Of a DNA stretch of 64,000 bases, positions 13,073 through 25,690 are shown in pieces (position 1 is the first letter of the stretch; each line of letters begins with the position of its first letter). This stretch comes from Camelus dromedarius (lineage: Eukaryota), in NCBI RefSeq assembly GCF_036321535.1, contig NC_087445.1, positions 42,098,001-42,162,000 of the forward strand, in the 5' to 3' direction. Under the pieces are notes generated by a model. The model worked only from the letters and a program-made list of their open reading frames with translations. It was not told the origin of the DNA and ran no database searches. A program made the position numbers and the translations under genes.

Positions 13073-16000
13073 TTCATATGGGTTAACATTCTGCTGTATT
13101 TCATTTCATTCGTCCTTTTTGAGAAACTGAAAACAAAGGGAAACGGTAATTTGAAGATTATTTCCAACTAGTATCTGAGTCTTGCAGTATCTCATTATGC
13201 AGCCCTTTCTTCCCATTATTTTTATATATTTTTTGCAAATAGTCATTTTTGACCCATATCCAGCATAAATAGCTTTTCACCGATTCCTAACTTAAGACAA
13301 CTAAAATTTACAATCATGTGGCAGTATAAATTTTAAGATTACAGTTCGTACACCTTGACAATCAAGATAGTCTGAAGTACAAAAAGTAAATTGTCCTTTA
13401 GCTGAATTACCTTTTTAAAATATTAGACCCGTGAGTTACTCTACAAATAAACAAAACAAGTTTCTGGTGTTTTTCAAATACCTTTTGTAGATATCATCTC
13501 CTAGTGAACAACATATGCAGGTTCCTAGAAGATTTCCCCCCAGTCTATTCATGACATTCAGCAGAGCTCTTTATATGAAAATGTATACTTAAAAAGAAAC
13601 AAACACTTGGAGGGGGATTTCTTTACCTCTGAATGGGTGCGTGATTTCCCTTTGTTTCAGATATGAGGCACAAACTTCTGAATTTAAGCTCTGTAAGGCA
13701 TAGTACAAACCTCCAATTTACAAATAAGGGCTTCTCTGTGGGTTGGAACTGCCATGTCACGCAAAAAGGGAAAAAAAATCTGTAAACCGGTACACTGCAA
13801 TGTGTTAAGTGAGTCATGAAACGGCTGCTTGCCTTGGTCAGCGGAAGGAAGGTCTCTGTGTTGTGTGTTTTTGATAAGACGTGCCCAAGTCGCCATGAAA
13901 CTCGCCACAGGCCTCCGTTCTCTGGAGCGTCACGAGGAGTCCAGCGGCGCGCGCTTAGAAAGCTTGCAATCACGATATAATATAAAGCATGAGTAAGCTT
14001 TGTTTTTATACAAAACTGAAAAGAATCCCTTCCCGCCCCTCGCCCCTTCAATAAAACCCCAAACAAAGAAACAAAAAAAGAAAATCCTTCAGCTTCGATT
14101 GACTAGTGTGGATACAATTCGGTTTCTCTGCATCACTGCAGCTAGGGTGATCAATTTTTTCCTTTCTCAAGAGAAGGGATCTTGTCATGCACCCTAAGAT
14201 GAACAGTGAAGCCACAAACCTCAGTTCTGCATAGCAATTCCATCCCAATTTCATGAAGACATAAAACAATCTTTCCCTGTTTTGCTCAGCTGCTTTGAGC
14301 TTTGAGATCAGGTTTAATCGACTACATCTACTATAGCTCTATTAAATAGAATATCTTGATTCCCTAAAACTGTAACACTTATGATCTTGTGATGAGGTTT
14401 TTTTTTCTATACACACTGTAGGCNNNNNNNNNNNNNNNNNNNNNNNNNNNNNNNNNNNNNNNNNNNNNNNNNNNNNNNNNNNNNNNNNNNNNNNNNNNNN
14501 NNNNNNNNNNNNNNNNNNNNNNNNNNNNNNNNNNNNNNNNNNNNNNNNNNNNNNNNNNNNNNNNNNNNNNNNNNNNNNNNNNNNNNNNNNNNNNNNNNNN
14601 NNNNNNNNNNNNNNNNNNNNNNNNNNNNNNNNNNNNNNNNNNNNNNNNNNNNNNNNNNNNNNNNNNNNNNNNNNNNNNNNNNNNNNNNNNNNNNNNNNNN
14701 NNNNNNNNNNNNNNNNNNNNNNNNNNNNNNNNNNNNNNNNNNNNNNNNNNNNNNNNNNNNNNNNNNNNNNNNNNNNNNNNNNNNNNNNNNNNNNNNNNNN
14801 NNNNNNNNNNNNNNNNNNNNNNNNNNNNNNNNNNNNNNNAGTACCGCTCTGTACGATAGTAAGGTTTTTTTTTTTTCTAANNNNNNNNNNNNNNNNNNNN
14901 NNNNNNNNNNNNNNNNNNNNNNNNNNNNNNNNNNNNNNNNNNNNNNNNNNNNNNNNNNNNNNNNNNNNNNNNNNNNNNNNNNNNNNNNNNNNNNNNNNNN
15001 NNNNNNNNNNNNNNNNNNNNNNNNNNNNNNNNNNNNNNNNNNNNNNNNNNNNNNNNNNAGCCAGTGTGGATGCTGCACTATCGAGAGAGAGATGTATGTA
15101 CAATGATTAGAGCATTCATAATTGCACTATACCTACAGGCAGTCTGTTTCTTAATTAAATTACAGATGCTTTCTGAGTAAGGAGAAAAAAAAAAGTAACC
15201 TGTGTAGTTTGAGGCTGGGAGAGTAAAGAATGGGCACATTCCATTACTGTTTAGTAAGTCTGGTACGCATCTGATAAGCCATTAATTTTCTCCCTCTCCT
15301 TTGTTGTTCCAAAAGAGTGATTATATGGAAGTTTAGACTCCTGCCAAGTAGTACTGTAGTTAAAATGAGACCAGCATCATGGCCTAATTCTAACTTCCCA
15401 GCAGGTTTAACACAATCTTGATTGACTTTCTTAAATCATATTTCAATTCCAGCTGCTTGACAGAAGCTCGTCAGTACATGTGCTGTTATTTTTTGCATTC
15501 ACTGAAAAATTGCACATACAGAACTCCAGTCTCTCTCCCTCTATGTTCAGTTACATAAATACATGTTCTGTAGAGCACAGAGGTTACTTTTGAGTTTCAG
15601 TCCACAAATCTTCCTTAAGTTCAACTCAGCCAGTCATCAGTTGAAGACAATCCCAAAGACGGTAAACTAGCAGTAACTTCAGATTCTGCCAATTAAAGGT
15701 GTCAGAGTAATATCAGCAACCAATGTTCATGGCAGACTACTTGACCTTAGAAACAAAGAGAGTGAAACTGGCTTCAAATGAAGTGAGAGAGCAGATTTCA
15801 GGGTGTATCACACAGGGGACTTTCCCTTATTGTCGGTTTAGACACTCAACATGGACCGTGGACACTAAACAATGTGATTTTAAGGGCAAAGAAGACGATG
15901 GACCATGAAAATCAAGTGTGTAGTGACCAATTATTTGGCAGTTGGTGTTTCGGGTTCACTCTCAGTCAAACACGTTAGGCTTCACAGTCTTACTCTCTTA

Positions 16001-16763
16001 CATTTTAAGATACTGGCTTTTCTCTTTTACGTTCTCTCTCTTTTTTGTTAAAACAAAAAGCCAGCTTTGGCGATACATACCCATAATGAAAGTCATTATA
16101 AAATTGTGGCCCAAATGCTAAGGAAAAAAAGGAGGAAAAATTTGAACTGAGGGGGAAAAAAAATTAAGAGCAACCTATGAAAAGGTTCTGGGTAGCAGCC
16201 ATTAGGGTCATGTAGTGTCTGTTGGCATATATATATATATTTTTTGGCATCTGAGATTTGAAGAATAGAGGGTGGGGGAAAAAAGTCAAGGAAAGGATGG
16301 AGGACAATGGCACATGGCGTTTGATAAGAAAGAACTCCTTCTGTGTGTCTCTGTCCTTGCCATGCTCTGACTTCTGTATGGTTCACTGAGCAACCAAGCT
16401 ATGGTTGAAGGTAGGAAAAAAAAAAGACACAACCATTAGATGGGTATCCACCGTCCCAGCCCACAGTGAGGCAAGACAATATTTATATATATTTTAAAAA
16501 AAAAAACCTCTATATGTGTATCCAGAGCAATACATTTAAAACAATAGTATTAATACTTAGAATCCTTCAGCAGAAACTACAAACTGTTAAATTAAGCTGA
16601 TGTTGATGGCTTAAATTGAATAACATTAACCTGACTGTATCATTCAAGAGAAAAACTTGACCAAGAATGGTACTAGGATAAAGGCCATTGTAATGTGGGA
16701 AAAATCAGGAGGAAGGGATGGGTTAGGACAAGGAAAATCAGCTTCATTTTTGCTCAATAGAAA

Positions 16764-16786
16764 AGAGAGAGAGAGAGAGAGAGAGA
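16764..16786. repeat. (AG)11 microsatellite, (UC)n on the GNAQ mRNA
   Basis: Direct read, about 300 nt past the stop codon. Confidence 0.95.
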
Positions 16787-17083
16787 AATCTTATCTTTGT
16801 GAGTGCATGACTGAGAAGTGAAAATACACTGAGTCACAAGATTTTGCNNNNNNNNNNNNNNNNNNNNNNNNNNNNNNNNNNNNNNNNNNNNNNNNNNNNN
16901 NNNNNNNNNNNNNNNNNNNNNNNNNNNNNNNNNNNNNNNNNNNNNNNNNNNNNNNNNNNNNNNNNNNNNNNNNNNNNNNNNNNNNNNNNNNNNNNNNNNN
17001 NNNNNNNNNNNNNNNNNACAGTCCCTCTTGTACAGCTTCAACAGCCCACCAGGGGAGGGAAGGGCGGAGTCGAGGAGGCACCA

Positions 17084-17329
<246 letters not shown>

Positions 17330-17959
17330 TCACTGGATGCTCATGGGTGCTCGTGAGGCCCTCCGCACTGCAGACTGGGCCCGTGGTCATCACCCCCCCA
17401 CACCACCGTGTGTAACTGCTCGTCCTCGTCACTGTACCTGCCCAGCCAGCCACAAAACGTGATGAGGTGAAAATGGGCAGACAGCCTGAAGACCAGGCTA
17501 AGTTTAGCTCTGATCCTTCAGGTGACAGGAGCCACTGTGGGGTCTTCAGCAGGGGTGTGATTAGCTTACTTCGGTTGGACTGAGTTAACTCTGCTGGTTT
17601 CGGCAGCCTAGTGATCAGGCACACAGATATAACTGCCCCAGTCCCTCTTGTCAATCTGACCCCCGACCCCGGCTGCCCCTACTCCGTTATAAATCATTTT
17701 ACGTTCTCCAAACTGAAATCTCTCTCGGAATAGAATGCCTGCTCCTTAAGGTCGGGTCTGTCTACAGCTGTCCTCTGCAGCCTCACTTCTGGTGCTTCTG
17801 AGCACAGCACATTTATGTGGTATTCAATTCATTATGTGTGATGATTTAAAAAGTTGCTTTACATTTTCTTGCATTTATCCAGGCTCTCTTCTGGGCCAAG
17901 GGCTGGCCTAGATGTTTTAAAAAAGGATTGTGATATATTGATCAAGATATATTAATAAT

Positions 17960-19130
17960 TTTGCAACAGATTCTTAGTGATGACACCAAAATCACAGGCA
18001 ACAAAAGAAAAGGCAGATCAACTGTACTTAATTTTGATGAAGTACTTCTGTACACCAAAGGATATTATCAAGAAGGTAAAAAGACAACCTACAGAATGGG
18101 AGAAAATATCTACAAATCACATAGCTGATCGGGGTAGATGTCCAGACTATACAGAGAACTCCTGCAACTCAACAACAGACAGACAGACAACCNNNNNNNN
18201 NNNNNNNNNNNNNNNNNNNNNNNNNNNNNNNNNNNNNNNNNNNNNNNNNNNNNNNNNNNNNNNNNNNNNNNNNNNNNNNNNNNNNNNNNNNNNNNNNNNN
18301 NNNNNNNNNNNNNNNNNNNNNNNNNNNNNNNNNNNNNNNNNNNNNNNNNNTAATCAAAAAAGTGGAGAATAACAAGTGTTAGCAAGGATGTGGAGAAATC
18401 TGAACCCTTGTACATTTGTTGTGGGAATGTAAAGTGGGAAACAATTTAGCGGTACCTCAAAGCTAAACACAGAATTACATAGGAGCCAGCAATTCTATTC
18501 CTAAGTACACACCCAAAAGAATTCAAAGTGGAGACTCCAACCGATACTTGTACACGAATTTTCACTNNNNNNNNNNNNNNNNNNNNNNNNNNNNNNNNNN
18601 NNNNNNNNNNNNNNNNNNNNNNNNNNNNNNNNNNNNNNNNNNNNNNNNNNNNNNNNNNNNNNNNNNNNNNNNNNNNNNNNNNNNNNNNNNNNNNNNNNNN
18701 NGTTCTGATAGGATGTTTTCAAGGTTCATACATGTGTGGCATCTATCAATTCAAAGAAGCCAGACACAAAACAACCAATATTGTCTGATTCGGCCTCTAT
18801 GAAGTACCTAGAATAGGCACATTCATAGAGACAGAAAGTAGATTAGTGGTTACCAGGGGCTCGGAGGAGGGGGAACTAGGGAGCTGTTACTTAATGGTCA
18901 CAGAATTTGGGGTGATAAAGTGTTAGGAACAGCGATGGCTGCACAGTATATGAATGTAACTAATGTCACTGAGGTGCATGTTTAAAGGTGGTTAAAATGG
19001 CAAATTTTATGTAACGTATTTTACCACAGTTTAAAAAAATTAACGTAATATACCAAAAGGCATTGAACTCTGCTTTAAATGGGTGAATTATATATGGTAT
19101 GTGAATTACATCTCAACAGAGCTGTTTTAA
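17960..19130 (+). mobile_element. 5'-truncated LINE-1 (L1MB-like), ORF2 C-terminus and 3' UTR
   Basis: The ORF remnant KDIIKKVKRQPTEWEKI is followed by a typical L1MB 3' UTR (gaagtacctagaataggcacattcatagagacagaaagtagattagtggttaccagggg). Confidence 0.9.
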
Positions 19131-21315
19131 AAACTTAATAGATCCTGATCAATGTATTAATTTAAAACTTTGGGTTGTAAATTAAAAGCAACATGAAAAC
19201 ACCACAACCTGTCGAGGACTGAGCACCTTTCTTGTGTCCATCTTGGTGGTGGTATACGTCTGCATGTCTCCCATTTTTTCCCATTTTTTCCCGTTAGTTC
19301 TATACCAAAGGAGGTCATGTGCTGTAACCTCCACCTTCTCCTCTCTCAGGAGACCCTCGGGATCCATGGTTCAGATTTTTTTCTATCAATATTGTTATCT
19401 AGTTTGCGATAAGGAAATTTTTGAAAACTCTACGGAGGGCCTACAAATTCTAACAAAATGCAGGCAAGTTTCAGATGGCCAGCTTGAAAACTTTTCAAAC
19501 TGACCTTATTGCAAAAAAGCGCATATCCAACATTGCCAGGAGTGGGGAGCAAAGAGCCACGAAAACAGATCATTCTCATTTGTACAGTTTACAAAAGAAT
19601 GTATGAATTTTTTGACTTAAGAGCCCAGAACTGAAATTTTTGTCAGTGACTAATAAGGCTGACACCCTAGTGAAAAAAAAAGTGCTATTACAAATATGTA
19701 ACATATATAATTATTTAATATCCTAGCTTATTGAATGTACTACTGCTAACTTACTAATTCCATAGCAGTAATAAAAAAATATTTGAAACCAAGACTGATA
19801 AGATTGTTAGAACTGGTAAAGTCTCTTATTTCATAGAAGAATGCGCTGTTTCTGGCCTGTGAGTGAAATTCCATTTGATTTTGTACTTAACCTTTTTGAG
19901 AAAGAGAGGTCTACACTTTCTCTCTCTTTTTACTGTAAACTGTATCAGAACAAGACTTAAGTTCCCCGAAGAGCCCTCAGAGTCTGTTACATTTTTAAGC
20001 ATGAATTATGTTACTTGAATAAACATAAACTACAAAGAAATCATTATAGCCCTCATGGCAGGAACAGGATTCCATAAGTCTCTGTGAACAATTCTGCAAT
20101 TCAAGTCCATGTGGAAATGGTAATTTTCCTTCCTGAAGAGAAATACAGAAATGGCATTCATTACGATAAAGACCTTGTAAGTGCAGAAACGTGGAAGTGT
20201 GAAATTTATAATATTATAAACATGTTTATTATAAAAACATGACTGCAGAGTGGGCCTAGAATTTTTTCAGTCTTAGCTCATCTTACAAGGGCCTGAAGTC
20301 TCCAGAAATGACAGCTGTGTTTGCTTTATGAATAACAATCAGGGTCTTTTTTCCTTTCCCCATGGCCAACTTGCCCGTGTGCCTTACGTGTACTGCAGTG
20401 TGAGACTGACGGTAAAAAACATCTCCACGCTTACAGACGTTCGCAGTGCCACATGTTGGAAGGAAAATGCTCCTGTCGTGGGGTATCTGGGGAAATTACT
20501 GGACAAAGGAAATAGGTAAAGAGATGAGGAAAATGCTGCACAGAGAGAAAAACAGTACTCCCAATACTCATCACAGAAAAAAGTCTTTACTGCAGCAAAG
20601 CCAGCCCTGGTGGCTGAGCTGTGTGCGCTGCGTCAGCACCTCGGGCCTCGGTGGGGCTGCTCTGCGGGGCGGGCTGTGCTGCCTCTGTCCTGTTGTCCCG
20701 TGGGCAAGGGTTTGTTTTGGAAGGAAGTGCAAAGCACAAAGGAAAACGTGCTTGGACAGAGGATGGGGACACACTGCCAACCAACACAGGACCATCTCTG
20801 ATACTTGACAACATCAGCAACCTTCAGAATCCTGTATGTACCCAGAAGGGAACGTGGAACGTTTCCCTCCCGAGAGCCTGCACTGAACCCAACGCACGCG
20901 GGACTGGAAAGATGAGCACAACTCCATCCTTGATGGGTCTGTATCTTCGGAAGCGATGAACCCAAACTGAACATTAGTTTTGAAGTAATTACCTTTCGGA
21001 GGGAGCTTTCAGAAGTACAGAAACACTGCTGAGCTGACATCCATGCCAGACAGCATATGTCAATAATATAATTTTTAAAAAGAGTCTGTTCTCTTGTCAC
21101 TACACCTCCGTAATCGGGGCTTTTGGGTTTGTGCTCTTCTCTGTGCCAGGTCCTCTGCTGAGAGACTGACACATGGGATTCCACTCAATTCTGCTTTGCT
21201 TGGGAAGAAACCGGGTGGCTGAATAAACCTGTCCAGGGCACCACTGCTGGTAAGTGGCAGAGCGGGAACTTGGTGACATTCAAAGCCTGTCCTCTGCCCT
21301 ACTCGTCATCTAGAT

Positions 21316-21499
21316 CTGGGTTTGGCAAACTTTCCCTGTTAAGGACCGGAGGAAATATTTTAGGCTTTGTGATCTCTGCCACGACTACTCAGTTCTGCGG
21401 CTGCAGCACAGAAGTAGCTGGACAGTATATAAAGGAGTGGGTGTGTGGCAGTTTCAATAAAACTTTATTTATAAAGAGGCAGCAGGCTTGCCACTCCTA
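21316..21499 (-). mobile_element. MER58A (hAT-Charlie MITE)
   Basis: gtttggcaaactt...aatattttaggctttg...caataaaactttattt. The 8-bp TSD ATCTAGAT/ATCTAGAC (21308-21315, 21500-21507) has the Charlie-type TCTAGA core. Confidence 0.88.
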
Positions 21500-21899
21500 A
21501 TCTAGACTCAAGTATGTGCCGGAGAGGTGTGTGTATCTGGCACCTCAGTTCTTACAGGGCAGTGGCTGTGACTCGTTCACCGTTTTAGAGCAGCAGGTGG
21601 TGGTTGCCAATGTGTCAAGTATTTCTCAGAAGGTGTTTGGTGTCATGTCCAGTGGTTCAGGATTTGCATCTAGCCGAGGAGGCGAGATTTGTTTATAAGA
21701 AGGAAGAAAATGATGCAAAGCCAGGTGAGAGCCGAAGTGGGTGCTATAGGTTCTAAGTGCTTCAGAGAGAGCTTAAAGGATGGGTGCCACCCTGAAGGGT
21801 GACGAGACTTCACTGGGCCGTGAAGCACCCCCCAATGTAAATATTTCTCGAACATTCACTAGGCGTTAGGCACCACGCTAAAATGTCACACGTGTTAGC

Positions 21900-22040
21900 C
21901 ATTACAGTCAGCAAAACGTAAGTTTGGTCCTAAAGTCTACAGAAATTAAGTGACTTGATCATGGTTCTACAAGCAGGAAATATCAGAACTGGGATTTGAA
22001 TCTGCGTAGATCGACTTCATACTGTGGGCTCCTGACCACA
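21900..22040 (-). mobile_element. MIR
   Basis: agaaattaagtgacttg...gggatttgaatc core. Confidence 0.6.
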
Positions 22041-22371
22041 CAATTCTGCTCTCCCTCCAGAGAGAGACAGAGACAGACAGACTGTTACCAAATGAAAGGG
22101 AAAGAAAGAAGGAACTAGAATGGTTGATACTCAGTTAGTCAAAACTATGGGACTGCTCCCTCCTCTGATACAGCAAAAGAAAACTCTGTTTTGAAATACA
22201 TTTAACTCTCAGTATTTTAGGGAATGAAACATTTCAGATCATACTCCACCCATCACAACACGTGGGCTTCTGAGGGCGCAGGCAGCGGCCGTGCGCAGCA
22301 AGGCGGCTGCTCTGGCCCTGGTCGCGGGGGAAGGATGTGTCCCCAGCTACTGGCCGGTGGAGGAGGGCTCA

Positions 22372-22665
<294 letters not shown>

Positions 22666-23749
22666 TTATCAGGATTTACATGCAAAAGCCTCCACGGCTC
22701 TTTAAATTAGGCCAACTCTCAGGTTGACAAGTAGAAGAGAATAATAGTAATGTTCACTGAAATAACTCAACGTTGAAAGAGAATAAGCAAAGCCTAGAGA
22801 ACCCTGTTGTATCTGGCACACTGTCAGTGTCCGCCAAAAATCACTCATTCATGGTCAAAGTCTTCAGATCCGAATTAAGAACTAAGTACCAGGCTTCATC
22901 TTGCATTTCCTAAGCTGTGTGTACTCGGGGCTTCATCATTGGCTGTTTCATAACAATCAAAACAAAGTTACTTAATTCATTGCCCAAAGTGCATCTATAT
23001 TTTTAGAATGATTACTACTTACTATATAAATATGTATCCCCTGATAAGAAAACACATGGAAATATATTTTTGATTCACACATTTCCTACTTATCAGAACA
23101 CACTTGCTCCCTAGGTTTCACTGTAATTCTCCTACAGAATTGTGGCCATAGACATGGTAATTACCTGGAGATACAAATGTAGTATTTCTCACCACCCTCA
23201 GCATTTGTAAGAAAGTGTTCTCACCTAAAGCTGTCTATCAAGCCAGCTTTGGTAACAGAAAACCTCAATGGATTCTCAAGGAATTAGTCAGCCTGCTCTT
23301 ACAAATGAAGATACTAATCAGTTACTCCTGACTCAAGTATCTCCTCTTAAAAAGAACGCAGTCACCAGCCCAAAGCTAGACCACCTCCTAGCTTAGACCT
23401 AGTCTCTTCACCAGCTTGTCTGCCTACAGACATACTCGCTTCTAAATCACCCCCATTCTTGGGTCACAGACAAAGGCAGTGGATTTGGAGAATCCTCCTC
23501 TCCCTGGTGCAGGGGCACACTTCTTCCTGGACAAACATGCACTTTCTGACCCCCGACTTAGTTCTTAGTTATGACCAAGTCTCAGGCAATGGAAAAGCCT
23601 GCCTGGGATTGAGCCCATCTCCACTGCTAACAGGTGGCTCAGTGGCTTAAGTCAGAGCATCCTAGTCTCCTGGCACCTGGGCTGATTCAGGGCTGGACTT
23701 CGAATCCAGGCCCCTGTCACTCAGAATACCCCTTCCCTGGCATACAGGC

Positions 23750-24050
23750 ATCTGTGTAGCCAAGCAGCTCAACTGGTCCAATTAACCCCAGGATTTTTGC
23801 CGGGAGCTGTGGAACAGAGAACCCCGCTTTCACAAAGAATGTGGAATAGGAATCGTGTAGCCTCAGAAATTTCTAGCAACCATCCCGAAACAGAGAAAAA
23901 TAAGCCAGGTCCTCCTTACTGGGTTTTAACTCCTAGGTCACAAAACCTGAGCTTGGTTTTGCCTCTGGATTTTTTGGTAACATCAACCAATTAAGTACCC
24001 TTTAGTTTTTAAAGCTAGTTTGAACTGTTTTTCTGGTTCTTATTATATGC
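23750..24050 (+). mobile_element. MaLR solo LTR (old MLT1 subfamily)
   Basis: Typical MLT1 3' end: cctctggattttttggtaacatcaaccaat...tttttaaagctagtttgaactg. Confidence 0.65.
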
Positions 24051-25439
24051 AAAATACTTCTAACCCATATACTTGGATCCACCCACTGCCACATGTCTGA
24101 AAGGAACTGAATGAATGATGTTTGAAGGATAAGCATGAAGCCTAGGGGTTCAAGCTGTTAACATATTCTGCTCAGATCCTGCCTTCCTGATGCAGAATGC
24201 CCCAAGTTTCATGGTACAGCACTACAAAGGCTAAGCGTGCTCCCCTTTGTTACCCTGTGACTGCTGTTCCAGGAAGTCTCCAGGTAGCAGAGCTCACCGA
24301 GCACAATTTTCTAGGTCCTGAATATGTCTTGCTCTCTTCTCTCAAGTGTGTCAATTCAAATCAAGTTAAGAAGGCTTGCTTTTCAAAAGGAGATCTTTGC
24401 CGAATCAGGTAAAGCCGCCCATCACCAATGTCTTTGACCTTCACACTTTGTGCCTACCGCTGCTCAGATAATTAAATACCCAAGAAATGTGGGACTGATG
24501 GAGCGAAAGGTTACTTCATGGCTCAAGGGACAGCACTGACTTCACCACATACACGTCTCTTTTACAGAAATGACCACACAGTCTTTATACTATTTTTACT
24601 ATCTACGTGTCTTTTACTGGTTATCATCAGTGGTAAAATTTTTAAGTCTGGAAACAATATTCACTGAGAAATGACGTCTCATGGCCTGAGATTTTATAGG
24701 TTGAAAATTTTAGGACAGAAGAAAGGCAAAGGCCCTAAGAAGAACTGAAAGAATTAAAGGATTGAAAGAAGTTTAATTAGATAGTGAAATCCCTGATGGG
24801 AGAGTCAACATTATTTTCTTACAGCTAGAGAAATTCTAGAAAGTCACACTGTGGTCTTCAGCCACCTTGGCCTCAACCAGGGAGTCTCCGTTAGAAAGGC
24901 TGACCGCTGAAATCAGCATTCCCCAGGAGGAGCAGGATGGGCTCCCAAGGGCCTCCCCAGTTAGGCCTTTTCTGGTTGGAGTCCTTCCAGGGTAAGTGGC
25001 TAGACCCTGGGTGGAGACAGGAAAAGGGAAAGTGGTCCTGACTTTTGAATTAATGCAAAAGGAGGTGCCTGAGGAAGTTTCAAGTCATGTCAGGAGCCCC
25101 CAAGCTCCAGATGGGGTTCTCCAAGGAAAGGCCCTCGTGCAGCCTCTAGGACCACAGCCAGGAGGGTGGACCGAGCCCAGCCTGGGGACTAGAGATGCCT
25201 TGTGAAGGTGGCTGTCCCTCTGTGCCCAGTGCTGCTGCACTCGGGGTCACCGTGGAGGCAGGCCCGCTGACTGGCCTGGTCCCGCTGACTCTCTGCCCGT
25301 GTCTGCAGTTGCCGGCTGCTCGAGGCTGGGTCCCCAGCTGCCATGTGCGGTGTGGCCTGGGCCCGAGCTGTTCCTCCAGGGGAAAGCTCAAGAGCAACGA
25401 AGTGGGCAGCTGGCCTGCAGCGTCAGCGTCCCCAGCCTT

Positions 25440-25690
25440 CTGCTAGGTCTGCTGAACTCCGTCTTAGAGCCTGAGCCCAGGAATTTGCATTTTAGCAAGC
25501 CCTCCAGGGCCTTCTGATGCGGGCTTCACTTTGCAAAGCACTGTGCTGGGGTGGGCTTCTCCAAATTCACGTGTGCTCTGAATCACCTGTGGGCGAAGAT
25601 TCAGACTCAGCTTAGGATGGGGCCCAGGAGCCCGCCCTTCTCACCGGCTCCCAGGTGAGGCTGCGGCTGCGGACTCACAGTGCACACTTG
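25440..25690. mobile_element. Two adjacent MER5-type (hAT-Charlie) MITEs
   Basis: gagcccaggaatttgcattttagcaagccctccagg...ctgatgc and gaatcacctg...ggggcccaggag...ctcccaggtga cores. Confidence 0.75.

Larger units (their letters stand above)
11700..17083 (-). other. GNAQ: GNAQ 3' UTR (distal boundary uncertain)
   Basis: Follows the TAA stop and is almost free of interspersed repeats for about 5 kb, unlike the flanks. The mRNA strand has U-rich tracts. Mammalian GNAQ is known to have a ~5 kb 3' UTR. Confidence 0.7.

Noticed and set aside
13623-14066. 147-codon sense ORF in the 3' UTR (possible downstream ORF)
   Set aside because: It starts at TTG, its first in-frame ATG is far downstream, and I recognise no homology. 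Longer chance ORFs occur elsewhere in the window.
20633-21184. 183-aa minus-strand ORF in intron 6
   Set aside because: GTG start, no recognisable domain, random-looking composition, and no supporting exon structure.
22864-22939. Sense-strand box C (ATGATGA) to box D (CTGA) at 76-nt spacing, snoRNA-like
   Set aside because: The terminal stem is only 3 of 4 pairs, the C'/D' boxes are unconvincing, and I recognise no exact rRNA complement. About one such pair is expected by chance in a window this size. An Rfam or snoscan search would settle it.
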